In this document: one piece after another, positions 28,018-38,900 of the stretch | How the letters are laid out: each line of letters begins with the position of its first letter | Position numbering within the stretch: the first letter of the stretch is position 1 | Assembly: GCA_965200965.1 (NCBI GenBank) | Contig: OZ241744.1 | Location: forward strand, 2,784,001 to 2,848,000 | From: an uncultured Candidatus Binatia bacterium | GTDB lineage: Bacteria; Desulfobacterota; Binatia; Bin18 | DNA length: 64,000 bases | Direction: 5' to 3' | Program-made: the position numbers and the translations under genes | The notes under the pieces: generated by a model | Databases searched by the model: none | What the model saw: the letters and a program-made list of their open reading frames with translations, nothing else | Told to the model about the DNA's origin: nothing

Positions 28018-29274
28018 GTGAAGAAACTGACCGTCTACCTGGTGTGCGTCGCCCTCACCCTATCGGGCTGCGCCGCAAATCCAGTCTTGAGCCCGGGTCA
28101 GAGCGTTGGATTGCCGCCCTCCTCCACTCTGGCTGACACGCCCGCGCCGAAAAGACGAACCGTCTCAACCAATCGAGAGAAAGACAAGACGAATCGTCTT
28201 TTGAGTCAGAAACCCAGACTGGACATCATCATCCCGGTCTTTGACCCCGGGCTTGAGGGCACATCCGCCAAGGACGAGGTATGGCCGGAACTGCGGCGGG
28301 CTGAAGCCAACCGCTTTGCCCACAAGCTGAAACTGGCCCTTGAAGAAACCGGTACCTTCGGGGCCGTGCGCGTCACCCCCGACACAACTGCGACCGGCGA
28401 CCTGTACGTCATGGGCCGCATTCACGAGTCGACCGGCGAGCGGGTTGAAATCGGCCTGGAAGTACGCGATATTTCCGGTGCGGCCTGGTCTGGCCGGTCC
28501 TTCGCTCATACGGTGGACAACCGCTTCCATAAAAATATTCGTCACAAGGGCCAGGACCCCTACGACCCGGTGTTCAGGAGTGCCGCCCAGTATCTCGTCC
28601 AACAACTCCAGCAGCGGCCGGCTGCCGACCTGGAACAGCTCAAAATGCTGACCGACCTCCGCTTTGGTGTCAGCCTCGCCGAGGAAGCCTTCTCTGAGCA
28701 TCTCAAGCAAGATGACGGCAGCTTCGCCCTCGCCAGTTATCCCAGCAGCGCTGACCCCATGCTGCGGAGAACCAGGGCCATTCGCGTCCGCGATCAGCTT
28801 TTTGTTGATGATCTGCAAGAGCACTACCGGTTGTTCAGCGAGAAGATGAACACCAGCTACCTGGTCTGGCAAGAACAGAGCCTGGCCGAAGTCGAGGCCG
28901 AGAGACAGACCAGGCGCAAAGCCCTCGTCCAGGGGCTTGCCGGCGCGGTGCTGCTTGGGCTTGGCGTGGCTGGTATCGCTATGGCCCCCCAGGGCAACCT
29001 CGGTACCGTGGCGACAACCGCCGGCTTGGCCAGTGGTGTGGCCGGCGCGGTCATGCTGGGCAAGAGCTTTCAGACCAGCAAAGAAGCCAAGGTCCACCGT
29101 GACGCGCTCAACGAGCTTGGCGAGTCGATTGACGTTGAGCTTGCCTCTCAGGTCGTCGCGTTTGAGAAAGACACGGAGAAGCTGACTGGGACGGCAAAAG
29201 AACAGTTCGGTCAGTGGCGCGCCTTTCTCAAGAAAATCTACCAACAAGAACGAACTCCGGAGGTGGAACTCTAA
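28018..29274 (+). CDS. Putative lipoprotein
   Basis: GTG start after AGGA; lipobox LTLSGC; Gly-rich hydrophobic hairpin near the C-terminus. Confidence 0.8.
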   Translation: MKKLTVYLVCVALTLSGCAANPVLSPGQSVGLPPSSTLADTPAPKRRTVSTNREKDKTNRLLSQKPRLDIIIPVFDPGLEGTSAKDEVWPELRRAEANRFAHKLKLALEETGTFGAVRVTPDTTATGDLYVMGRIHESTGERVEIGLEVRDISGAAWSGRSFAHTVDNRFHKNIRHKGQDPYDPVFRSAAQYLVQQLQQRPAADLEQLKMLTDLRFGVSLAEEAFSEHLKQDDGSFALASYPSSADPMLRRTRAIRVRDQLFVDDLQEHYRLFSEKMNTSYLVWQEQSLAEVEAERQTRRKALVQGLAGAVLLGLGVAGIAMAPQGNLGTVATTAGLASGVAGAVMLGKSFQTSKEAKVHRDALNELGESIDVELASQVVAFEKDTEKLTGTAKEQFGQWRAFLKKIYQQERTPEVEL

Positions 29275-29327
29275 CAAGGTGAACGAGGCCCTCTCCTTGG
29301 GGAGTTCACCTTGCCTGGAGCGCAGGA

Positions 29328-30824
29328 ATGCTGGACGAGCGGCTCGCCGGCGCGAATCGCCAAGCGCAGAAAAGATGGATCAAAGCAGCCGTGGCAGTGC
29401 TCATCGGCCTGTCGGGCTTCGGCTTGTGGTTCATGGAAATGTTTATGGAACGCGAGCCGCCGGCCGTCCCTCCGTCTGCAATCCAGGACTTTGGCGCACG
29501 GGCCGAGGCCGACCAGCCTGTGCAGCCAATCGACGCAGACCCCCGGGAAGGCTTTAAGCAGACCTTGGGCGAGTATGTGCGTGAAGCCGAACCGGTCGTC
29601 CGCAGCCCAGAGTTTGCAAACTGGGACGCGCCTGCCCAGCGCGACTTGGTGGCAATGAAGGCAGCCGCGGTGCAGACCTTCGGCGAGGGCCGGCACGCAG
29701 ACGCCCTGTTCCAGATTGAAGCGCTGCTTGAAAAGGCGCGCAGCACCCTGCGGCGGCGCGAAGCCGCTTTCACCACCGCGCTTTCGGCTGCGGACGCCAG
29801 CCTCGGACAAGACAACTACGCAGACGCTCTCCTGCACATACGCGAGGCTCTGCGCATCAAGCCGGAATCATCGGAGGCCCTGCGTCTCCAGGCCGAAATT
29901 GAGCGATTACCACAAGTGCTGGCTCACCTCAAAGCTGCCCAGGTGGCAAAGCTGGAGAACAATACGCAAGCGGAACTGCATGCCCTTCAGCAGCTCGTCA
30001 CGCTTGATCCATCCCGTTCGGCTGCCCGGAGTCGTCTGGCCAGCCTGAGGGGAGCGGTGCAGGACGACCGCTACCGTGCGCAGATTGCGCGCGGCCTTGC
30101 GGCCTTGGAGAAGAACGATCTCGACACGGCCCACAGCCATCTCGCCCAAGCCCGGCAGCTCTTTCCGAATCGGACCGAAACCGCCCTGCTGGCAAAACAG
30201 GTGGACGATCTCGACCGCGCCCGGCAGGTCGAAGGTCTGCTCCAGAACGCCAGCGCTGCGGCCCAGGCGGACGACTGGCAGACGGCCGCTCGCGCCTATC
30301 AACGGGTGGAGGCGCTGCGGCCCGGCCACGCGCTCGCGCTCCAGGGCCGCCAGACAGCCGAGCGCATCCTCTCCCTGCTCAGCGCCGTCAGGGCCCACCT
30401 CGGCGCTCCTCACCGGCTGTCTTCGCCAAACATTGCCGCTCAGGCCCAAGAGTTGATTGAGCAGAGCAGGGAAGCCGGGCGGAACAGCCCGGAACTCGCC
30501 GTCCGGGCCTCAGAACTCCAACAGGTGCTGGCGCGCTATTCCAGGCAGGTCCCGGTTCGGATCGTTTCCGACGGAAAGACAAATATTGCAGTCAGGGGAG
30601 TTGGCCGGGTCGGGGCTGTGCTCTCAAAGCTGATCCATCTCAAGCCGGGCGCGTACAAATTCGAGGGCAGGCGGAGCGGGTATAAATCGGTGATCGTGAC
30701 CAGGCTGATAGGATTAGAGGAGGCTCAGGATGGGGGAAGAGGGAGTGCGAATCCTGCAATCCATAACCCTGCCCATAATCCAGAAATCCCGGTCGTTGAA
30801 ATTGTGTGCGATGAGCCGATTTGA
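29328..30824 (+). CDS. Membrane-anchored TPR-like helical protein with C-terminal PEGA-like domain
   Basis: N-terminal TM, Ala-rich helical repeats, C-terminal LKPGAYKFEGRRSGYK. Confidence 0.75.
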   Translation: MLDERLAGANRQAQKRWIKAAVAVLIGLSGFGLWFMEMFMEREPPAVPPSAIQDFGARAEADQPVQPIDADPREGFKQTLGEYVREAEPVVRSPEFANWDAPAQRDLVAMKAAAVQTFGEGRHADALFQIEALLEKARSTLRRREAAFTTALSAADASLGQDNYADALLHIREALRIKPESSEALRLQAEIERLPQVLAHLKAAQVAKLENNTQAELHALQQLVTLDPSRSAARSRLASLRGAVQDDRYRAQIARGLAALEKNDLDTAHSHLAQARQLFPNRTETALLAKQVDDLDRARQVEGLLQNASAAAQADDWQTAARAYQRVEALRPGHALALQGRQTAERILSLLSAVRAHLGAPHRLSSPNIAAQAQELIEQSREAGRNSPELAVRASELQQVLARYSRQVPVRIVSDGKTNIAVRGVGRVGAVLSKLIHLKPGAYKFEGRRSGYKSVIVTRLIGLEEAQDGGRGSANPAIHNPAHNPEIPVVEIVCDEPI

Positions 30825-32832
30825 GCAACGTATTCAAAGCGCCCGACAATACCAACGTAGCCGCTACTCGACCATCGCCCTTGTTCTGGCGTGCGGCGTC
30901 CTGATTGTCGCTCTCACTGTTGTCTATGCGACCGGAACATCGGTCAGGATCGCGCCGCCGGACGCGGCCCGGGCCGGCTCCGTCAGCGTTGAGGACGGCA
31001 TTGCAGTGGCCGTCTCGGGCGTGGTCTATGCCCTCAGTTCGCAGCCTGTAGTCGCTGTGAGTGCGCCGGGCTTCAGACCCGCCCGCCGTCAGATTCAGTC
31101 CCATGAACGGGGCGGCGTGATCAACATCATCCTTCAAGAACTCCCCGCCCGCCTGCTGGCTTCAACCAGCCCGGCGGCCCAAGGCACGCGCTGGTCCGTC
31201 AACGATACCCTGCTGGCCACGGGTAGCCGGTTTGAGCGAGAACTCATGCCAGGAGCATACCGGATTGGCGTCAATCATCCCTATTACGCTCCTGCCGAAC
31301 AGCAACTCACTCTTGGCCGTGGTGAACAGCGTGAACTCGACATCCCCCTCCGGGCTGTGGCCGGCGAACTCGTCATTGAGTCCCTGCCGGCCGGCGCAAC
31401 GGTCAGGCTCGACGGCGTTGAGGCCGGCACTACGCCCTTCCGTCGCAGCCTCGCCGGTGGGCAGCATCAGCTCGAGGTGTCGCTCGACGGGTATGCGCAC
31501 ATCTCCGAACATGTTGAGGTGACGAACACCGCGGCCTTGGTCACACGCTCCTATCGCCTTCGGCGGCCAAGCGCAACCCTGGCCTTTGAGATCAGTCCGC
31601 CGGGCGGCACTCTTCTTGTCAACGGAAAAAAGATAAACCCCGTTCAGCACTACGGCGTGCCGGCCAACACCCAGCTTGATGTCACCTATCTCAGCCCAGG
31701 CTACACCAGACTGACCCGCATGGTGCTTGCCCGGGCCGGGCAGACCACCCGCGTTCAACTGCACTTGCAGCCCGAGTTCGGCCGGGTAGACATCCGCTCC
31801 CGGCCCCCGGCCCGCGTCTTCATTGACGGGACGGACAAAGGGATGACGCCGCTGAGCCTGAACTTGGCCGCCAAACCCCACACACTCTCCCTCAGACGCC
31901 GGGGCTACCGGACGATTGACAAACGGATCACGCCGTCAAGTTCCCACACAACGGTGATAGACGAAACCTTGGCGACCGAGTTGGCGGCACGTCTGGCGGA
32001 AGCCTCCCAGCAGTATACCAACTCTGCCGGTGTGACATTGGTCCTGTTTCATCCGACTCCTTTCACAATGGGCGCACCACGCCACCAGAAAGGCCAGCGG
32101 GCCAATGAGTTTGAGCGGCCTGTCACCCTCACCAAGCCGTTCTATGCAGGCCAATACGAACTCACCAACGCCGAGTTTCGCCGCTTCAAGCCTGACCACC
32201 GCGGGGCTGCCGAGTTGCCCGTGACCTCGGTTCGCTGGATAGACGCGGCCATGTTCTGCAACTGGCTGAGCCGCCAGGAAGACCTGCCGCTGTTTTATCG
32301 CATCAATAACGCAGAACTCCTCGGCATTGACCGGACATCGGACGGCTACCGGCTGCTGACCGAGGCTGAATGGGAATGGCTGGCCCGCCGGGCCGGGCGG
32401 AAAGCCGACACCATTTTCCCCTGGGGTGATGATCCCATCCTGCCGCCAAAGGCCGGCAATGTCGCCGACGAAAGCGCCCAAGGCAGCACCCCCTCGTACA
32501 TCCCCAAGTATGTTGACGGTCATGCCGGCCTCGCCCCGGTCGGCAGCTTTCCCCCGGAGGCGTCCGGGCTGTACGACCTGACCGGAAACGTCAGCGAATG
32601 GGTCCACGACTATTATTCAATCGTGGCCGACCCTACGCCGGCCAGCCAGTCCGACCCGTTCGGCCCGGCTGCCGGCCGGTCGCATGTCGTCAAAGGGTCA
32701 AGTTGGCGGTCCGGCTCTCTCACCCCTCTGCGCGCGGCCTATCGGGACGGCCTGCGTGAAAGCCGCGACGATGTCGGCTTCAGAATAGCCAGATATCTCT
32801 ACGCCGATGACGAAAACGCGTACCACCGCTAG
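30811..32832 (+). CDS. PEGA-repeat plus FGE/SUMF1-domain protein
   Basis: N-terminal TM; S.PAGA.V.LDG...GTTP PEGA repeats; FTMG, RLLTEAEWEW, GLYDLTGNVSEWV.D and VGFRIAR motifs. Confidence 0.88.
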   Translation: MSRFEQRIQSARQYQRSRYSTIALVLACGVLIVALTVVYATGTSVRIAPPDAARAGSVSVEDGIAVAVSGVVYALSSQPVVAVSAPGFRPARRQIQSHERGGVINIILQELPARLLASTSPAAQGTRWSVNDTLLATGSRFERELMPGAYRIGVNHPYYAPAEQQLTLGRGEQRELDIPLRAVAGELVIESLPAGATVRLDGVEAGTTPFRRSLAGGQHQLEVSLDGYAHISEHVEVTNTAALVTRSYRLRRPSATLAFEISPPGGTLLVNGKKINPVQHYGVPANTQLDVTYLSPGYTRLTRMVLARAGQTTRVQLHLQPEFGRVDIRSRPPARVFIDGTDKGMTPLSLNLAAKPHTLSLRRRGYRTIDKRITPSSSHTTVIDETLATELAARLAEASQQYTNSAGVTLVLFHPTPFTMGAPRHQKGQRANEFERPVTLTKPFYAGQYELTNAEFRRFKPDHRGAAELPVTSVRWIDAAMFCNWLSRQEDLPLFYRINNAELLGIDRTSDGYRLLTEAEWEWLARRAGRKADTIFPWGDDPILPPKAGNVADESAQGSTPSYIPKYVDGHAGLAPVGSFPPEASGLYDLTGNVSEWVHDYYSIVADPTPASQSDPFGPAAGRSHVVKGSSWRSGSLTPLRAAYRDGLRESRDDVGFRIARYLYADDENAYHR

Positions 32833-32989
32833 GCGGCTCATTGCCCCCCTGGTCATCCTGACCTTGGGAGTGCTGGTCGCCGCCGGCCTGCTGGCGGTCG
32901 CCGTCGCCCAGTCGAAGCGGCTCTCCTTCAGTCTCAACTCCCCGGCGTCCTTCCCGGTGGATATCAAGATGCGTCGTCTGATTTTCTGA
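32807..32989 (+). CDS. Small membrane/secreted protein
   Basis: 60 aa with a basic N-terminus, a hydrophobic helix and SFPVDI; fills the gap between its neighbours exactly. Confidence 0.6.
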   Translation: MTKTRTTARRLIAPLVILTLGVLVAAGLLAVAVAQSKRLSFSLNSPASFPVDIKMRRLIF

Positions 32990-32991
32990 CC

Positions 32992-33861
32992 ATGACCAAA
33001 ACCCTGTCAAATATCCTGGCCCTCGTGGTGTCGGTGGTGGTCGTGCATATCACCTATATCGGCTACATCCGGCCCCAGGCGTCGCTGATTCTCGAGGCTT
33101 CGAGACAGGCCGGCCAATCGGCCCCCCGCCACCTCGTTGTCATCCTCAGGGATTACGAGCAAGAGATTTGCCTGATCCTCATGTTGTGGGGCATGTTTCT
33201 CATTCTTGTCAAATGCCTTGCCATTCTGCGGGAGCAGTACCTTTTTTCAGTTGACCTGCTCGAAGAAGCCGCCCAAGAGGCCCAAGCAACCCACGAGGCA
33301 GAAGAGACGAGCGACCCCGGCCAGGCTTTTCAGGATACCAGCAATCCAGATGTCCCGGTCGGCTTGAGCCGCACACTGAAAACGCTCCAAGCCCTGCCCT
33401 CCGATATCCGGGAAACACCCCTGGTCAGGACCCTGATGACCAGTCTGCGCCGCTTCCTCATCACCCGTGATGTCCAGAACACGTCTGACGCTATTGAGTC
33501 CAGCGTTGAGGCGCTGGCGCTCAAACAGGACGCCGAGAACTCCATGATCCGCTATCTCATCTGGGCCATCCCATCGATCGGATTTATCGGAACCGTGCGC
33601 GGTATCGGTCAGGCCCTGTCTCAGGCCGACCAGGCCCTTGCCGGTGACATTGCCGGGATGACCGAGAGCCTTGGCATCGCGTTCAATTCTACCCTGGTGG
33701 CGCTGTTGATCAGCATCGCCCTGATGTTCATGTTGCACCAACTCCAGCGGCTGCAAGATAACCTGGTGGTCGATACGCAGGACTATTGCGAGACCTTCCT
33801 GCTCAACCGCATCAGCGACCAGGATTCGGGGATTGACAGGATTGAGACCAGAGAATCCTGA
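32992..33861 (+). CDS. MotA/TolQ/ExbB proton channel family protein
   Basis: WAIPSIGFIGTVRGI and LGIAFNSTLVAL TM motifs. Confidence 0.9.
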   Translation: MTKTLSNILALVVSVVVVHITYIGYIRPQASLILEASRQAGQSAPRHLVVILRDYEQEICLILMLWGMFLILVKCLAILREQYLFSVDLLEEAAQEAQATHEAEETSDPGQAFQDTSNPDVPVGLSRTLKTLQALPSDIRETPLVRTLMTSLRRFLITRDVQNTSDAIESSVEALALKQDAENSMIRYLIWAIPSIGFIGTVRGIGQALSQADQALAGDIAGMTESLGIAFNSTLVALLISIALMFMLHQLQRLQDNLVVDTQDYCETFLLNRISDQDSGIDRIETRES

Positions 33862-33881
33862 GCATCACGATCAAGCCAGGT

Positions 33882-34946
33882 ATGAAACGGCGGCGCACTA
33901 CACCGGGCTTCAATATCGCCTTCCTGGACATCATGTCATGCGGGCTGGGGGCGATTGTGCTCGTGTTCATGCTGGTCAAAGACGATGTAGAGCGAGCCGT
34001 GCCCGAAACGAGCCGGCTGGAGGCCGACCTGAGCCGCCTTGAGCAACGCCACCGACAACTCCGCCACACTATCCAGGAACTCGGCGACCAGAGCAGGGCC
34101 GTGAGGAGCCGCATTCAGTCCATCTCCGCAGACCTGTCGCGGTTGCAACAGGAGGCGGACCGGAGCCGCGACGCGGCACAGGCCAAGCGCAGACGGCTGG
34201 CGGCCCTTGAAGAGACGATCACACACGCCAATGTCACCACCAAATCAGACGTGATCGAGATTCCCAAGGCTGGCCAGGAGACCTACCTCATCGGCCTCAA
34301 GGTCGAAGGCCGGAAAATCGGCCTGCTCATTGACCGCAGTGCCTCCATGACCGATGAAACCCTCCTGGCGGTCATTCGCCGCAAAAACTCTTCGGACAGC
34401 GAAAAAAAAGCCGGCCCCAAATGGCGGCGGACCAAAGCGATCGTCAGGTGGCTGCTGGCCCGCCTGCCGGCCCGCTCGCAGCTCAGCGTCGTCACCTACA
34501 ACGACACGGCCGGCCATCTGGGCGGTGCCAACTGGAAGCCGAGCCGCGACCCCGCCAGCCTCGATCGCATCCTGCGTGAGCTCGAAGCCGTCGTCCCCTC
34601 CGGCCCGACCAATCTCCAGGCCGGCCTGCAAGCCATGTACGCCATGGCCCCCACCAACCTGTACATTGTCACCGACGGCCTGCCGACCCAGGGCAGTTCG
34701 GGCTACCAGCGCCTCAACCCGTTTGCCGCCTGCGGCGCACTGTGGGGCCGCTCCAATCGTATATCCGGCGAATGCCGGGCCAGACTCTTCCGGCACACGG
34801 TCCAACACACCCGGCCAGCGTCCAGCCCGCCGGTCAACGTGATCCTGCTGCCGATTGAGGGCGACCCCGGGGCCGCGGCCGAGTATTGGCTGTGGACGGC
34901 CACCTCGGGCGGCCTGCTCATCACCCCTGCGCAGACTTGGCCGTGA
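33882..34946 (+). CDS. ExbD/MotB-like TM + coiled coil + vWA protein
   Basis: FNIAFLDIMSCGLGA TM containing Asp; coiled coil; MIDAS DRSAS...T...TDG. Confidence 0.85.
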   Translation: MKRRRTTPGFNIAFLDIMSCGLGAIVLVFMLVKDDVERAVPETSRLEADLSRLEQRHRQLRHTIQELGDQSRAVRSRIQSISADLSRLQQEADRSRDAAQAKRRRLAALEETITHANVTTKSDVIEIPKAGQETYLIGLKVEGRKIGLLIDRSASMTDETLLAVIRRKNSSDSEKKAGPKWRRTKAIVRWLLARLPARSQLSVVTYNDTAGHLGGANWKPSRDPASLDRILRELEAVVPSGPTNLQAGLQAMYAMAPTNLYIVTDGLPTQGSSGYQRLNPFAACGALWGRSNRISGECRARLFRHTVQHTRPASSPPVNVILLPIEGDPGAAAEYWLWTATSGGLLITPAQTWP

Positions 34947-34980
34947 CAAAGGCGATCGTGAGAACGACCGAGAGCCCGAA

Positions 34981-35934
34981 ATGAGATCAGCTTTTCAGTC
35001 GCAACGTCGGTCGTTCGATATTTTCAGCCTGTCGTTTTTGGATGTGGTGTCGTGCGGATTCGGCGCGGTGATCCTTCTGGTCCTGATCTCCGATTTTTCG
35101 GAGGCGGTCACGCCCCAAGCCCAGACGGATGTTCTGTTGAGGGATATTCTGGCCGCTCGGGCTGTTGCCGACAGCCTGCAATCCGAGCTTGCCGACAAGC
35201 GGGCAGAGGCCGCGGCCCGCCAAACCGTCCTGGCCCAACTGCGGGCCGCGGCTGAGGCGGCCCGCCAGAGCCTCAAGACGAGCAAAGACGAGAACCAAAC
35301 GCTGGACAACAATCTGGCCGGGCTGACGCTGGTTGACCAATCCATACGGCGCGCCGCGGTCCAACAGAAGACTGCTGAGGAAAATGACGAGGAGGTGGGC
35401 GGCATCCCGGTTGACAGCGACTACGTCATCTTCATTGTTGACACATCCGGCAGCATGCAGCAAATCTGGAGCCGGGTGACCCGAGAACTTGAGAACGTCA
35501 TCACCATTCACCCCCAAATCAAAGGCTTCCAGATTCTTAACGACAACGGCGTCCATCTGCTCTCAGCCTATGCCGGCCGCTGGATTCCCGACACCCCAGG
35601 ACGACGCCAGAGCGTCATCAGGCTGTTCAGGACCTGGAACAGCACCTCCAACAGCAGCCCGGTTGAAGGGCTCCACATCGCCTTGCAGCGCTACGCCAAA
35701 CCCGGCCTCAAGCTCTCCATCTATATCTTTGGCGACGACTACACCGGCGGCTCCTACGACCCGGTCATCGAGGTCCTGGCCCGGCTCAACACCAACGCCG
35801 CAAACGGACAACGCCTGGCCAAGGTCCACGCCGTCGGCTTTGTCTCCCCCCACACCAAAGAGCGTTTTCCCATCCTGATGCGTGAACTGACCCGCCAGAA
35901 CGGCGGCACCTTCCTCGCCCTGCCGGTCCGCTGA
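34981..35934 (+). CDS. Second ExbD/MotB-like TM + coiled coil + vWA protein
   Basis: FSLSFLDVVSCGFGA TM containing Asp; MIDAS DTSGS; IFGDD. Confidence 0.85.
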   Translation: MRSAFQSQRRSFDIFSLSFLDVVSCGFGAVILLVLISDFSEAVTPQAQTDVLLRDILAARAVADSLQSELADKRAEAAARQTVLAQLRAAAEAARQSLKTSKDENQTLDNNLAGLTLVDQSIRRAAVQQKTAEENDEEVGGIPVDSDYVIFIVDTSGSMQQIWSRVTRELENVITIHPQIKGFQILNDNGVHLLSAYAGRWIPDTPGRRQSVIRLFRTWNSTSNSSPVEGLHIALQRYAKPGLKLSIYIFGDDYTGGSYDPVIEVLARLNTNAANGQRLAKVHAVGFVSPHTKERFPILMRELTRQNGGTFLALPVR

Positions 35935-35953
35935 AACACCCATGCCCCGCCAC

Positions 35954-38900
35954 GGTCTATCCCCGCGTGTGCGGGGGAACCCTCGGATTGATACAGCCGC
36001 CCCGGTGTGTGAACGGTCTATCCCCGCGTGTGCGGGGGAACCGCGCTCCTGAGCCAAGCCTGCTATGTGGAAAAGGGTCTATCCCCGCGTGTGCGGGGGA
36101 ACCAACTGACAGGGCAGAACATGACGAATGAACCCGGGTCTATCCCCGCGTGTGCGGGGGAACCTCACTGGAGACCTAGAGCACCCGAACGCTGGCAGGT
36201 CTATCCCCGCGTGTGCGGGGGAACCTGGAGACCAACACCCGCGAAGCCTTTCTCTGCGGGTCTATCCCCGCGTGTGCGGGGGAACCTGGAGACCAACACC
36301 CGCGAAGCCTTTCTCTGCGGGTCTATCCCCGCGTGTGCGGGGGAACCGGCGACGTGCGCGACTGCTATAGTCGGTTGAGCGGTCTATCCCCGCGTGTGCG
36401 GGGGAACCTGCCAGGCGGACAGAGTGAACTCGCCCTTTTGGGGTCTATCCCCGCGTGTGCGGGGGAACCACCCGACTTCGGCACGGTCTGGATTGGATGG
36501 AAGGTCTATCCCCGCGTGTGCGGGGGAACCGCTCGTCTTCCAGCAGGTGTGCCAAGGGCATGAGGTCTATCCCCGCGTGTGCGGGGGAACCGCGCTTGCG
36601 CTGGGCTGAGGGTCTGTGTCCGGAGGTCTATCCCCGCGTGTGCGGGGGAACCATTCAACAGCTGGGCAGGGTGATGCGCCCGTCGGGTCTATCCCCGCGT
36701 GTGCGGGGGAACCTCACCGGGAGTTGCGTTCGATCTGGAGGGATGAGGTCTATCCCCGCGTGTGCGGGGGAACCACCTCCTGAACCCACCACCACCAGCC
36801 AGCCAGCGGTCTATCCCCGCGTGTGCGGGGGAACCTCCTGGACTCAGGATAAGAATGCCTCATAGGAAGGTCTATCCCCGCGTGTGCGGGGGAACCATCG
36901 AGTGGGCGCATGTGATAGACGCGGATGAGGGTCTATCCCCGCGTGTGCGGGGGAACCCGACTCTGGCCCTGTTCCGTCTAACTGGACGGGGGTCTATCCC
37001 CGCGTGTGCGGGGGAACCATGGTATCAATCAGTTGATTGACGGCAAGCTGCGGTCTATCCCCGCGTGTGCGGGGGAACCGCCCGGCGGTCACTCCTGACG
37101 GGGTGACGGGGAGGTCTATCCCCGCGTGTGCGGGGGAACCCCCTAGTTAGGAGGGCAAGGGTAAGCCTTAGGCGGTCTATCCCCGCGTGTGCGGGGGAAC
37201 CCACTGCGAGCGGCCACCTGGTAGCCTCGGCGCGGTCTATCCCCGCGTGTGCGGGGGAACCCCTCATCGACCAGGTCCATCACTAGGCGCTTCAGGTCTA
37301 TCCCCGCGTGTGCGGGGGAACCTACGGCGGGGATGTTCTGATAGTCGGACAGACAGGTCTATCCCCGCGTGTGCGGGGGAACCGGGATACCGCCAGGGTA
37401 AGCCGACTCGATATCCGGTCTATCCCCGCGTGTGCGGGGGAACCGCACAGGACCGTATCAACGGACACCGGCAGATCGGTCTATCCCCGCGTGTGCGGGG
37501 GAACCATGACCGACGAGAGCCGCATACCGCAAACGACCGGTCTATCCCCGCGTGTGCGGGGGAACCTCAACAGTCAGCAATCCGGCGCAGTTCACCACAG
37601 GTCTATCCCCGCGTGTGCGGGGGAACCGACATCCGTGTGCAGCTTGCGGGTCAGCTCATCGGTCTATCCCCGCGTGTGCGGGGGAACCCGGACCACAGAG
37701 CGACTTGGCGATGTCGTCTTAGGTCTATCCCCGCGTGTGCGGGGGAACCCAACGTCGGTCTCCGCAAGCTCCGCGGATGCCGGGTCTATCCCCGCGTGTG
37801 CGGGGGAACCCGGCTCTCTGAGCCGGGGCTATCCGTCTCAAGAGGTCTATCCCCGCGTGTGCGGGGGAACCCTATCTATACTAATGTCAATAGCCTGTCT
37901 AAACGGTCTATCCCCGCGTGTGCGGGGGAACCCCATCCACCCGGCGGCATAGGGATCGCTGAATCGGTCTATCCCCGCGTGTGCGGGGGAACCTTTCCAA
38001 AGACGAGGGGCAGACCTGGACGCAAGGGTCTATCCCCGCGTGTGCGGGGGAACCGGAGAAGAAGGCAGGAAGGTAGGGGGAGTTGGAGGTCTATCCCCGC
38101 GTGTGCGGGGGAACCGAGGAGACGCTGAGTGAGGCGGCGCTGCGCCTCGGTCTATCCCCGCGTGTGCGGGGGAACCGCCTCTGTTCCACGCGCTGCCAGA
38201 AGGTGGAGAGGTCTATCCCCGCGTGTGCGGGGGAACCCACCGATTGTTCAGCGCTGTCATATTGGAGATAGGTCTATCCCCGCGTGTGCGGGGGAACCAC
38301 GATTGCAGTTCCTCAATCAGCTTCTTGCACCGGTCTATCCCCGCGTGTGCGGGGGAACCGGTTTGGGTTAGCCTCGGAGATCCATCTCCAGAGGTCTATC
38401 CCCGCGTGTGCGGGGGAACCGTGCTCATGTGTCCTCCTGGGCGCGGGCTTGGAGGTCTATCCCCGCGTGTGCGGGGGAACCGTGCTCATGTGTCCTCCTG
38501 GGCGCGGGCTTGGAGGTCTATCCCCGCGTGTGCGGGGGAACCCTTCCTGGACCAGAAAACCGGCGTTTTCGGCCTGGTCTATCCCCGCGTGTGCGGGGGA
38601 ACCAGAGAAGATAGGCCCGCAGCCTATCGGATAGTGGGTCTATCCCCGCGTGTGCGGGGGAACCATACGCAATATGTACCACCGCGTCGGCCAAGAGGGG
38701 TCTATCCCCGCGTGTGCGGGGGAACCGGGTATGGCTTGAAGGATGGCCTGACTGGACTGGGTCTATCCCCGCGTGTGCGGGGGAACCCGGTCCAGCTACT
38801 ACCCGGCCATGACAGGGGGAGGTCTATCCCCGCGTGTGCGGGGGAACCATCCCCAGCCCCCGCCCTCGGTCGCCAAGTCCGGGTCTATCCCCGCGTGTGC

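Noticed and set aside
32992-35934. Zorya ZorAB or flagellar MotAB
   Set aside because: The B-like subunits carry vWA rather than OmpA-like peptidoglycan-binding domains, the A subunit has no long tail, and no zorC/D/E or flagellar genes are present.
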